Below, one piece after another: positions 1 to 8,585 of a stretch of 64,000 nt of DNA. Made by a program: the position numbers and the translations under genes. Numbering within the stretch: the stretch's first letter is position 1; the number at the start of each line of letters is the position of its first letter. The DNA is from Candidatus Bipolaricaulota bacterium. GTDB taxonomy: Bacteria; Bipolaricaulota; Bipolaricaulia; UBA7950; UBA9294. The notes under the pieces were generated by a model. That model was not told the DNA's origin and ran no database searches. It was given only the letters and a program-made list of their open reading frames with translations. The stretch is from positions 285-64,284 of the forward strand of contig DAOVAR010000001.1 of NCBI GenBank assembly GCA_030670905.1, written 5' to 3'.

Positions 1-991
1 ACTTCTCCATGCCGATGTCCGCGCCAAAGCCGCTTTCTGTAACTACGTAGTCACCGAGCCTGATCGCTATCTTGTCGGCGATGATGGAGCTGTTGCCGTG
101 GGCAATGTTGGCAAACGGCCCTGCATGCACGAACGCGGGCTGCCCTTCCAGGGTCTGCATGAGGTTGGGCATTAGCGCTTCTTTCATCAGGACCGTCACT
201 GCACCGGCCACGCCCAGCTGCTCGACGCTGACCGGCTCGCCATTCTTGTTGAGGCCTACCATCATCTTGCCAAATCGTTTGCGCATGTCCTTAAACGACG
301 TGGTCAATGCAAGAATAGCCATGATTTCTGAAGCCACAGTGATATCAAAGCCAGTCGCCCGGGGGAATACCGGGCTTGGTGAGCCATCCTTTAGCTTGTC
401 GTCATTGAAGCCGACTTGGATCTCGCGCAGGGTGCGGTCACACACGTCGACCACGCGTCGCCAAGTGATGGTGTTCGGATCGATGTCCAGACGTTTCAGG
501 CCTCGTTTGGCAAGTTGTTCGTCGGTCTGGCGGCTCTCATGGTACAGACGCGTGTCGAGCGCGGCAGCGACCAGGTTGTGCGACACAGTGATCGCGTGGA
601 TGTCGCCGGTGAGATGCAGGTTGAAATCCTCCATCGGGACGACCTGCGAGTAGCCTCCGCCGGCTGCACCTCCCTTAATGTTGAAAGTGGGGCCCATGCT
701 GGGTTGCCGAATGCAGCATATCACGTTCTTGCGCAGCTGTGAGCCCATAGCCTGGACTAGGCCGACCATGGTCGTGGACTTACCTTCTCCAAGGGGGGTC
801 GGTGTGATGGCGGTGACGTCGATATACTTTCCGTCGGGCCGATCTTTGAGCCGCTCCAGGATATCTAGCTTGACCTTGGCCTTCCACATCCCGAACGGTT
901 CCAATTCCTCTTCGTTGATGCCCACTTCCCGGGCAATTTGGGTGATCGGCTTGAGTTTCGCCTCTTGCGCGATTTGAAGATCTGATTTCAT
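1..991 (-). CDS. fhs: Formate--tetrahydrofolate ligase (formyltetrahydrofolate synthetase), partial. The gene starts at 991 and its C-terminal part runs past the window edge at position 1.
   Basis: Minus-strand translation from the ATG at 989-991 gives [25 protein letters not shown]...[10 protein letters not shown]...[29 protein letters not shown], a typical FTHFS N-terminus with P-loop. GGAGG sits 7 nt upstream. It is absent from the ORF track because it runs off the edge. Confidence 0.9.
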   Translation of the reverse strand, partial: MKSDLQIAQEAKLKPITQIAREVGINEEELEPFGMWKAKVKLDILERLKDRPDGKYIDVTAITPTPLGEGKSTTMVGLVQAMGSQLRKNVICCIRQPSMGPTFNIKGGAAGGGYSQVVPMEDFNLHLTGDIHAITVSHNLVAAALDTRLYHESRQTDEQLAKRGLKRLDIDPNTITWRRVVDVCDRTLREIQVGFNDDKLKDGSPSPVFPRATGFDITVASEIMAILALTTSFKDMRKRFGKMMVGLNKNGEPVSVEQLGVAGAVTVLMKEALMPNLMQTLEGQPAFVHAGPFANIAHGNSSIIADKIAIRLGDYVVTESGFGADIGMEK

Positions 992-1027
992 TCACTAACC
1001 TCCTTGTAATTTGGGGGATGAACCTCT

Positions 1028-1903
1028 CTAGATATTTATTCCAGCTTCCTGCAAAATTGCCGGCACATGGCATTCCCAGCCCATGGTCATCAGATGTATC
1101 CCTTGACACATCTCCCGCGTCTGCCGAATTATACGGGCAGCGATCTTGATGCTTGTAGCAACCTTATCGTCGGTCTTCTTCATCTCGTCGATGATCGAGT
1201 CAGGAACGTTTACTCCGGCTACGTTCTTGTTCATGTAACGGGCCATGCCGACCGACTTCAAGAGCACAAACCCGAGCATCACTGGAACGCCAAGGGCCTT
1301 CGCTGCTTCCATGAACCGTCCGAACAGTTCCGGGTCATAAACAGCCTGCGTCTGGAAGAACTGCGCCCCGGCTTCTATCTTGCGTTCCATCTTTAAGAGC
1401 TGAAGCTCCATCGGCTCATACCCCGGTGTCACCACCGCTCCTAGATGAAAGGTTGGAACCCCCTCCAGACTCTCTCCTGCCATATCTGTCCCAGCCGTCA
1501 AACCCTTGGCAGCCATAAGGAGAGAGACGGAATCGAGGTCAAACACCGATTTTGCCTGCGGGTGATCCCCCAAAGTAACGTGATCCCCGGTAAGGCAGAG
1601 GACGTTCTCAATGCCCAATGCATAAGAGCTCAGAAGATCGGATTGGAGGGCAATGCGGTTGCGGTCACGCGTTGCAAGCTGGAATACCGGTTCGAACCCT
1701 GATTCTTTGAGAAGACGGCAGGAGGCGAGCGACCCCAGTCGCATCACCGAGCTCTGCTGGTCAGTAACGTTGACGGCGTGCACCTTGCCGCGTAAGAACT
1801 CAGCGTTCTCCATCATCTCCGCAGTATCGGTTCCCTTTGGAGGGGCGACCTCAGCAGTGACTGCGAATTCTCCTCTTGTGAGAGCCTGTTGTAACGATGT
1901 CAT
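1028..1903 (-). CDS. metF: 5,10-methylenetetrahydrofolate reductase
   Basis: 291 aa MTHFR-family protein (FFQTQAVYD, TIM-barrel MetF-like). It overlaps the metV stop by 4 nt. Confidence 0.85.
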   Translation of the reverse strand: MTSLQQALTRGEFAVTAEVAPPKGTDTAEMMENAEFLRGKVHAVNVTDQQSSVMRLGSLASCRLLKESGFEPVFQLATRDRNRIALQSDLLSSYALGIENVLCLTGDHVTLGDHPQAKSVFDLDSVSLLMAAKGLTAGTDMAGESLEGVPTFHLGAVVTPGYEPMELQLLKMERKIEAGAQFFQTQAVYDPELFGRFMEAAKALGVPVMLGFVLLKSVGMARYMNKNVAGVNVPDSIIDEMKKTDDKVATSIKIAARIIRQTREMCQGIHLMTMGWECHVPAILQEAGINI

Positions 1904-2574
1904 CTGTTATCACTCCTAGCTTCATCCCGTTCCAGAACTAGTGTCGATGGATTCGTATTTACCGAGTAGTCATGCACCTGCACCGAGGAAGCAACAAACT
2001 CCTTAAGCCTTCCGATTTCCTTTAGACGATCGTAAATCTCTATCCATACACAGTCGTTATCCGGGTTCACCTCACACTTTTCGTCCTTTGCCCCGCCGCA
2101 GGGTCCATTCAGCAGGCCCTTGGGGCAGCGTGTTACCGGGCATAGTCCGCCTGTCAGGTCCAGGATGCACTCCCCGCACATAGAGCAGTACTCCTGAAAC
2201 TGACCGAATCGCTTTACTGTTCCCAAGAAGAGCGTGTTGTTTGTCGGGTGAACAACCTTGCCGCTCACCTCCTGCGCGATCTGTGCGCCGCCACCGCAGG
2301 ACATGACAACTAGAGAATCTGCCTGGGCGATCTCTTCCTTGGTCTTGCGAAACTCCTTTCTTGCTTCCAGGAGATTACATCCAGGATCAAGGATTACCCA
2401 GCCGGAGACAACTTTTCCTTCGTCCTCTAGGTGATCCCTCATTGCCTTTACCTCTTCTTCCCCACCTGTCTTACAGACCGTTGCGCACTCAGAACAGCCA
2501 ACAAGAAAGATGACCTTGTCCCTCTCTAGGGACTGCAGGATCTCAGGGAATGGCTTTGCTTTCGTGATTATCAA
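1900..2574 (-). CDS. metV: MetV-type small Fe-S/zinc-ribbon subunit associated with MetF (MTHFR C-terminal-like domain)
   Basis: 224 aa with Cys clusters (CSECATVC, CSMCGECILDLTGGLCPVTRCPKGLLNGPCGG), as in acetogen MetV. Translationally coupled to metF and folD. Confidence 0.7.
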   Translation of the reverse strand: MIITKAKPFPEILQSLERDKVIFLVGCSECATVCKTGGEEEVKAMRDHLEDEGKVVSGWVILDPGCNLLEARKEFRKTKEEIAQADSLVVMSCGGGAQIAQEVSGKVVHPTNNTLFLGTVKRFGQFQEYCSMCGECILDLTGGLCPVTRCPKGLLNGPCGGAKDEKCEVNPDNDCVWIEIYDRLKEIGRLKEFVASSVQVHDYSVNTNPSTLVLERDEARSDNR

Positions 2575-3533
2575 CCTCTACCTCCTCTTACTGAAGCCTC
2601 AGCCGATTTGACCGTGTTGGCAAGTAGCATCGCGGTCGTCATTGGACCTACCCCACCAGGTACAGGGGTGATAAACCCGGCCACATTCCTGACGGTGTCG
2701 AAATCCACGTCTCCAGTTACCCTTGTCTTGGTTTTTCCTTCTTTGTCTTGCACTTTTATCCGGTTGATCCCGGCGTCGATCACGATCGCCCCAGGCTTTA
2801 CCATGTTTGCAGTGATTAATCCCGGCTTACCGACGCCGACCACTAGAATATCGGCCCTTTTGGTGTGCGAAGCGAGGTCTTGTGTCGCGATATGGCAGAC
2901 CGTAGTTGTGCAAAAGTGAGCCATCAGTAAGAGCGCCATGGGCTTACCCACAATCTCGGAATGCCCTACGACCACTGCTTCCATTCCATAGAGATCTTTG
3001 CCCAACGATCGAATCAAGCGCATCATTCCAATCGCTGTACACGGCGCGGGCATAGGGAGCGGCCATGTTAAAGAACGCTCTAGCCACTCCTCGCAGCTTT
3101 GCTCGTCTACTGCCGGTTTCTTGAAGAATGGCTGGGCCGCGTACACGATTCCGCCTTGATTTGCTGCCGATACCCCTTCTACGTCCTTGGATGAAGCGAT
3201 TTGTTCCTGCAAAACCCGGGTCCGCACGTCTTTTGGTAAGGGCAACTGTACGATAATCCCATGTACTGTAGGATCCTGGTTCAGCCGCTCCACTGTATCG
3301 GTTAAGAATGTCTGGTCACTCGTTGGGGAAACCTCGACCAACTGGTACTCAATACCCACCTCAGCGCAGCTGCGCGCTTGACTCTTGGCATAGATATGTG
3401 CTCCCTTGTTCTCCGTTGCCAGTATGGCAGCCAATTTTGGTGAGATTCCTGCGGAGGAAAGCTCTCGAACCTCCGATTGAAGTGTTGCTCTAACTTGTCT
3501 TGCTGCTGCTTCTCCATCGATTATCTTACCCAT
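2571..3533 (-). CDS. folD: Bifunctional methylene-THF dehydrogenase / methenyl-THF cyclohydrolase
   Basis: MGKIIDGEAAARQVR... with GHSEIVGKPMALLL, TVCH and GINR..GDVDF..ITPVPGGVGPMT motifs. It is 320 aa because of a roughly 25-30 aa insertion between the dehydrogenase core and PCT. Confidence 0.88.
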   Translation of the reverse strand: MGKIIDGEAAARQVRATLQSEVRELSSAGISPKLAAILATENKGAHIYAKSQARSCAEVGIEYQLVEVSPTSDQTFLTDTVERLNQDPTVHGIIVQLPLPKDVRTRVLQEQIASSKDVEGVSAANQGGIVYAAQPFFKKPAVDEQSCEEWLERSLTWPLPMPAPCTAIGMMRLIRSLGKDLYGMEAVVVGHSEIVGKPMALLLMAHFCTTTVCHIATQDLASHTKRADILVVGVGKPGLITANMVKPGAIVIDAGINRIKVQDKEGKTKTRVTGDVDFDTVRNVAGFITPVPGGVGPMTTAMLLANTVKSAEASVRGGRG

Positions 3534-5382
3534 TGGTTCTCCTTTTTCGTATATCCTTGAAATACAGGCTTTCTATGAAGGTATCACTAAACCCTTTGTA
3601 ATAAGAAAGCTCACAGTATTGTATCTGCTCTGCTAATTGTTGAGCCTTAATCCACTCTCCCTGGTTAAGCAGGCACAGCTTAGCTCCCTGACCAGCAGCA
3701 TTCCCCACCGGCGTGAGCTTTTCTAAAGGGAATGGAGGTAGCATCCCAATGCGCAAGACACTCCCCCTTCGCACATAATTGCCAAAAGCACCGGCAAGGT
3801 AAACTGCATCTATATCCTCTGGGGCGGCACCCCACTCGCGCAGGACGATATCCACGCCAGAGCGGATTGCTCCTTTGGCGAGCTGCAGTTCGCGAATATC
3901 TTGTTGGGTGATGTAAATCGGCTTATCGCCACCGCTTACAAGGAATTGGGGTTGATTTCGCTCATCTGGTGTAACTCGCTTAGCGTAGTGGAGGTCGTCT
4001 TGGGTTAACAGCCTTCCCTGTTCGTCGATTAGTTCAACCTTCCGCAGTTCTGCGATGAGGTCAATGAGCCCTGAGCCGCAGATACCTTTGGGAATACTGT
4101 TACCAATGACCTCAAGTTCTACTTCACTATCGCCGCTGAGCAAGACATGAGCAATGGCTCCTGGGGTAGCGCTCATCCCATGTTTGATCAGCGCTCCCTC
4201 GAACGCCGGGCCCGCCGGAGTGGAACAAGCCAGCATTCTCTCTTTGTTCCCCAGAACAATCTCCGCATTGGTCCCAATGTCTACGAAGAGGCTCAACTTA
4301 CTGCTTTGATGAAGACGGGTGAATAGCACACCTGCTGTGATATCTGCTCCTACATAACCGGAAATCGCCGGAATGATGTAGACCTGCCCTTCGGGATTGA
4401 TCTCTAACCCTAGCTCCTCTGCCGAAATGATGGTTCCATCGCGCAGTACAGGAATGTAGGGGCTATGATCAATCTGGGAGGGGTCAACGGCGGTGAACAG
4501 ATGAAGCATTGTGGGATTGCCAGCCACAGTAACTTTGTAGATGTGGGCGGGCTCAATAGCAGCTGTCTGACAGAGTTGGTGGATCATTCTGTCGATCCCT
4601 GAGACTACCGCTTGTTGCAGTTCTTTCAATCCGGTCTGGTCGTGTTCATGGACGTGTCTGATGCGCGCAATCACGTCTGCGCCAAAGCTCGTCTGGGGAT
4701 TCATCTGTGAGCGGACACCTATCTCTTGGCCACTACCAAGGTCCAGCAGATACCCGGCAACCGTTGTCGTACCGATATCGATAGCTAGGCCGTAGAGTGC
4801 TCCAGTAGTATCTCCTGGCTCAACGTCTAGGGCTCTATTCTCTTCTTTGGTGATGGTCGCCCTGAAATTCTTGACCCGTAGGACATGAGGAACCCTACGC
4901 AGCACAGAGATAGGAAGAACCATTCGCTCCACACCAAGTCCTTCCTGTATGCGGAGCGTATCGGGTCGTTGGTCTTCTTCACCCGGTGAAGGTAACTCCA
5001 GATAGACCTTCTCCATTCCGGGGTCAAGCGCGATATATAGCTCCTGCTTGAGTAGTTCCTTGGCTTGAACGGTCTCATCAATCTGGGGAACTTCAAGGAC
5101 GATATCACAATTTACCCTTTGTTGACAGGAGAGTCGCCAGCGTTGATCCAACTCTACTCGAGAGAGGTGAACCTCTTCTGACTCCGTTGGAGGCTTCAGT
5201 CCTTTGTGGATCAAAACACGGCATTTGCCACAGGTTCCCATCCCCCCGCAGGAGCTGGGGATGGAGTAGCCATGGCGCACCAGGAAGCGAAAAAGAGTCT
5301 CCCCTTCTTCTACCTCTAGCTTATCCTCTTGAGGAAGAATAATAAGTGTATGGCTATTTGCCCGGGCCGTATCTCTTATCAC
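3526..5382 (-). CDS. Reductive activator of corrinoid proteins (RACo-like). N-terminal 2Fe-2S ferredoxin domain plus an ASKHA ATPase domain (DUF4445).
   Basis: 618 aa. The N-terminus has CGGMGTCGKC plant-type ferredoxin cysteines. The rest is an acetate/sugar-kinase-like fold (DIGTTT, GNPTM, DIGTNAE). GTG start with an AGGAGA RBS. Confidence 0.75.
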   Translation of the reverse strand: MIRDTARANSHTLIILPQEDKLEVEEGETLFRFLVRHGYSIPSSCGGMGTCGKCRVLIHKGLKPPTESEEVHLSRVELDQRWRLSCQQRVNCDIVLEVPQIDETVQAKELLKQELYIALDPGMEKVYLELPSPGEEDQRPDTLRIQEGLGVERMVLPISVLRRVPHVLRVKNFRATITKEENRALDVEPGDTTGALYGLAIDIGTTTVAGYLLDLGSGQEIGVRSQMNPQTSFGADVIARIRHVHEHDQTGLKELQQAVVSGIDRMIHQLCQTAAIEPAHIYKVTVAGNPTMLHLFTAVDPSQIDHSPYIPVLRDGTIISAEELGLEINPEGQVYIIPAISGYVGADITAGVLFTRLHQSSKLSLFVDIGTNAEIVLGNKERMLACSTPAGPAFEGALIKHGMSATPGAIAHVLLSGDSEVELEVIGNSIPKGICGSGLIDLIAELRKVELIDEQGRLLTQDDLHYAKRVTPDERNQPQFLVSGGDKPIYITQQDIRELQLAKGAIRSGVDIVLREWGAAPEDIDAVYLAGAFGNYVRRGSVLRIGMLPPFPLEKLTPVGNAAGQGAKLCLLNQGEWIKAQQLAEQIQYCELSYYKGFSDTFIESLYFKDIRKRRTNG

Positions 5383-5583
5383 GAGTTTCTCCTAAATCAA
5401 GCCTTAGTGGCAGGAAACCCTGCTGGAGCGGCCTGAACCATACTCCATCTGCCCTCTGTTAACCAAGGTAAACACTAGTCACTTGTTGCATATCTGCTGA
5501 TGTGAAGTTCTCTAACCAGGCTACTACTAGAAATTCTACTGCAGAGCCTTCATCTGGGCAAGGAACCATACTTCAGGCTTGGT

Positions 5584-6207
5584 TCAGGTAAGGCTTTTCG
5601 CCAGCTTGGTTGCACTGGCGGCATCCGGAGCGTAACCATCGGCGCCGATCTTATCAGCGTAGCCTTGGGTGACTGGTGCACCACCAATGATGACTTTGAC
5701 CTGATCTCGAAGAGAAGCCTGTTTGAGTGCATCGATAACCTCTGGCATGCGAATCATCGTTGTTGTTAACAGCGCAGACATACCAACGATATTGGGCTTG
5801 TGTTCCTTCACTGCTTTGACGAACTCCTCAGCCGTTATTTCCGCCCCGAGGTTTATGACCTCAAAACCTGCTCCTTCGATCATCATTGCTACAAGATCCT
5901 TACCAATATCGTGCAGGTCACCCTCAACAGTACCGATCACGAACTTGCCGCGCGCCTCCACGCCGGCCTCAACCAACAGTGGCTTGAGCAATGTAACAGC
6001 GCCTTTCATTGTCGCGGCTGAGATGAGCATCTCGGGGACGTAGCGTTCCCCATCTTCGTATTCTTTGCCTACGATATCCATCGCTGGGGTCAATGCCTGA
6101 TCGAGTATCTCGCGCGCTTCAATACCCTTTGCCAATGCTTGGTTAGTAAGTTCAGCGATACCTTCCATCTCTCCGGCCAGCACTGCTTGTTTGATCTTAT
6201 CAAGCAT
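5584..6207 (-). CDS. Cobalamin-binding corrinoid protein (MtaC/MtgC-like)
   Basis: 207 aa with an N-terminal helical B12-cap and a Rossmann B12-binding domain carrying GDLHDIGK (DxHxxG). Confidence 0.85.
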   Translation of the reverse strand: MLDKIKQAVLAGEMEGIAELTNQALAKGIEAREILDQALTPAMDIVGKEYEDGERYVPEMLISAATMKGAVTLLKPLLVEAGVEARGKFVIGTVEGDLHDIGKDLVAMMIEGAGFEVINLGAEITAEEFVKAVKEHKPNIVGMSALLTTTMIRMPEVIDALKQASLRDQVKVIIGGAPVTQGYADKIGADGYAPDAASATKLAKSLT

Positions 6208-7005
6208 CTACTTCCTCCTTCTACATTTTTGTTGTTTGATGTATTGCATACAGTAGTTATCGCGTCCGAGTAACGTGCGTGATGCGTATACGGTATTCAT
6301 CATACCTGAATCAGTTGGGTCCATGATCGCCCCGTCCAGTCCGGCCTCGATAAGCATCGCCAGGAAGGTCCGGTTAAGAAGGTGGCGATTGGGCAACCCA
6401 AAGGAGACGTTACTCACCGCCGCAAAAGTCTTTACCCCAAGCTCTTCCTTTACTCGACGGACTCCTTGAAGTGCCTGCGTGCCTTGCTCAATGCCGCTTC
6501 CGACAGACATGCAGATCATATCCACATAGAGGCGATCATGGCTGATGCCCGCTCGATCGCACTTCTCTAGGAGTGCGCGCGTCTCCTCCACGCGATCCTC
6601 CGCGGTCTTAGGCATACCGTGTTCTCCCATGGCAAGGCCGATCACTTCGGCGCCGCTCTCCACGGCAAGTTCCACAAATCTTACGCTTTTCTTCTCGTTG
6701 CTCATAGAGTTTATCACCGGCGCGGTTGAACAGGCTTTCAGTCCAGCCTCCATTGCATCGGGATTGGAAGTGTCAATGGACAAGCGCACATCCCTGCCTA
6801 GCTCGTCTTCCACAACCCCGATCAGCCACTTGAGATCACTTACCTCGTTCTCCATGGATTGTCCGGCATTTATGTCAATGATCTGCGCGCCCGCTTCTGC
6901 CTGACCGCGAGCGAGTCGACGAATTGAGAGATCATCTTTGTTGTCTATTGCTTTGCCAACCTCCCTACGTGAAGAATTGATGAGTTCTCCGATGATCAAA
7001 AACAT
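6208..7005 (-). CDS. Methyltetrahydrofolate:corrinoid methyltransferase (AcsE/MtrH-like pterin-binding protein)
   Basis: MFLIIGELIN... (compare AcsE MLIIGERIN) and LLNRTFLAMLIEAGLDGAIMD (compare AcsE LINRTFLAMAMACGL). 265 aa. GGAGG lies just upstream of the ATG. Confidence 0.85.
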   Translation of the reverse strand: MFLIIGELINSSRREVGKAIDNKDDLSIRRLARGQAEAGAQIIDINAGQSMENEVSDLKWLIGVVEDELGRDVRLSIDTSNPDAMEAGLKACSTAPVINSMSNEKKSVRFVELAVESGAEVIGLAMGEHGMPKTAEDRVEETRALLEKCDRAGISHDRLYVDMICMSVGSGIEQGTQALQGVRRVKEELGVKTFAAVSNVSFGLPNRHLLNRTFLAMLIEAGLDGAIMDPTDSGMMNTVYASRTLLGRDNYCMQYIKQQKCRRRK

Positions 7006-7015
7006 ATGTCCTCCG

Positions 7016-7153
7016 TTAATTAGTATGTGCTGGTCGCGGAATCCCGAATTGAGTCCTGATTCTTTCTAGAATAGTTGTCGGCGTGCTGTAAATACGTGCA
7101 ACTTCTTGATCTGACAGGACTTCGTATTTCCCACCTATTCCAGCAACCTCCAT
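7016..7153 (-). pseudogene. 45-codon remnant resembling the N-terminus of an MttB-superfamily (trimethylamine/glycine-betaine type) corrinoid methyltransferase
   Basis: My own translation gives MEVAGIGGKYEVLSDQEVARIYSTPTTILERIRTQFGIPRPAHTN, then stop. It is preceded by AAGGAGG. The pattern E-L-x-x-E-x-x-I-x-x-T-x-x-L-x(5)-G-I matches MttB-family N-termini. Only about 300 nt separate it from the upstream gene, so the roughly 1.4-kb body is missing. It is below the ORF-track size cutoff. Confidence 0.4.
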
Positions 7154-7266
7154 AAAGAGAGAACCTCCTTGCTTTGTTACGATGATCCACTTGACTCAGA
7201 AACGGCCAATGAACAACAGAAGGAAATATTTCTTGTTCTCCGTTGCGTAATATTTAAGTTTGAGCG

Positions 7267-7296
7267 AATGTTACAAAGGGGCTCATGGTTTTGTCA
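7267..7296 (-). promoter_or_regulatory. Candidate sigma-70 promoter for the methyltransferase/C1 operon (-35 TTGACA, 18-nt spacer, -10 TAACAT)
   Basis: Minus-strand sequence reads CCCTTGACAAAACCATGAGCCCCTTTGTAACAT. A second TTGACA lies 23 nt upstream. Confidence 0.3.
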
Positions 7297-7463
7297 AGGG
7301 CTCCAATTGCCCCTGTCAACACGTCTCCCAAAGTTCCCCCGAGGGTGCTGTCGTAAAAACGCAGATCTACTGGCACTAGCTATCTCAATCTCATGAGACA
7401 CGGCACCGTAGCGTGCGTTGGTGGTCTAGCAATAGGCACCTTTACGCAACCGTGGCCCGCAGT

Positions 7464-8582
7464 TCAATCAGAGTGGAGTCGCTCTAGGTCTTGGAGGGTG
7501 GACTCAAGGGCCTCAATGAACCAGACATTTTGGGCCTTGCTGCCAACTGTAACGCGAAGAAACAAAGGAAGATCATAGTCCGCGCAGGGCCGTACGATAA
7601 CACCCTTGTCCAACAACATTTCCTGGACTGCTGTGGCTTGGGGCCCAATCTTGACGAGAACGAAGTTAGTGTGGCTCGTGACATATGACAGGCCCAGGCG
7701 TTCAAATTCGTTATATAGGTAGATGCGTCCCGCGTGATTTGTTGCCACTGTTTTCTCGAGAAATGCTTGGTCTTCTAGAGCCGCAACACCCGCGGCTTGG
7801 GCGAGCAAGTTGACTGAAAAGGGCTCCTTCACCCTATTGAGAGGCGCTAGAATTTCAGGCTCCGCGATGGCATACCCCAAGCGGATACCGGCCAGACCAT
7901 AAATCTTGGAGAACGTACGCATGATCATTGTGTTAGTTTGGCCGTCTCGAATATAGCGCAGGCTATTCGGATAGTCAGGAGAATCAACCAGCTCGTAATA
8001 GGCTTCATCGAAGATGACAAGCACGTGCTTTGGCGTCTTGTCCATAAAAGCCTCTACTTCAGCTGCGGTGACAATCGTTCCGGTAGGATTGTTTGGGTTG
8101 CAGACAAAGATGAGCTTTGTCTTATCGCTAATCGCTTGAAGCATGGCTTCGAGGTCCAGTCCAAAGTTTCTCAGCGGTATCTTAACCAGCGCTGCTCTCA
8201 TCACGTGGGTGTAGATATCATAGACCGGAAATGAAGATTGACTTACGATTACTTCACTCTGTTCATCCAAGTACGCCAGGCAAGTCTGCATGATGAGCCC
8301 ATCGGCCCCATTGCCCACGGTTAGCTGTTCAGGTTCAATCCCAAGGTGCTCTGCAAGGGCCTTGAGCAGATTGTGGCTCTGTACGTCTGGATAAAGGTTC
8401 AAATCAGAAAGCCTTTCCTTTATTGCAGCTAATGCCCTAGGCGAAGGGCCAAGTGGGTTTTCGTTGGATGCCAGCTTAGTTACATCCTTGAGGCCGTATT
8501 CCCTTTGCACTTCATCAATGGGCTTACCCGGCACATATGCTTTGATGGCATTCAGGCCACGCTGTTGTCTGACATGGGTCAT
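7464..8582 (-). CDS. hisC: Class-II PLP aminotransferase of the histidinol-phosphate/aromatic aminotransferase family
   Basis: 372 aa with LASNENPLGPSP, NPNNPTG and SKIYGLAGIRLGY motifs. It is the last gene of the ior/acd operon, which suggests an aromatic or 2-oxoacid-forming role rather than histidine biosynthesis. Confidence 0.8.
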   Translation of the reverse strand: MTHVRQQRGLNAIKAYVPGKPIDEVQREYGLKDVTKLASNENPLGPSPRALAAIKERLSDLNLYPDVQSHNLLKALAEHLGIEPEQLTVGNGADGLIMQTCLAYLDEQSEVIVSQSSFPVYDIYTHVMRAALVKIPLRNFGLDLEAMLQAISDKTKLIFVCNPNNPTGTIVTAAEVEAFMDKTPKHVLVIFDEAYYELVDSPDYPNSLRYIRDGQTNTMIMRTFSKIYGLAGIRLGYAIAEPEILAPLNRVKEPFSVNLLAQAAGVAALEDQAFLEKTVATNHAGRIYLYNEFERLGLSYVTSHTNFVLVKIGPQATAVQEMLLDKGVIVRPCADYDLPLFLRVTVGSKAQNVWFIEALESTLQDLERLHSD

Positions 8583-8585
8583 CTA

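Noticed and set aside
72-1109. Four ORF-track entries (72..653+, 416..742+, 678..977+, 780..1109-) in the first kilobase
   Set aside because: All of them lie antisense to or out of frame with the clearly conserved fhs reading frame on the minus strand. Their products are low-complexity Ser/Arg/Ala-rich sequences typical of spurious frames in GC-balanced coding DNA.
5556-5578. Hairpin GAACCA-N10-TGGTTC just downstream of the corrinoid-protein gene as a terminator splitting the operon
   Set aside because: It is a short stem with no U-tract on the coding strand. The 200-bp gap more likely holds an internal promoter or processing site than a true terminator.
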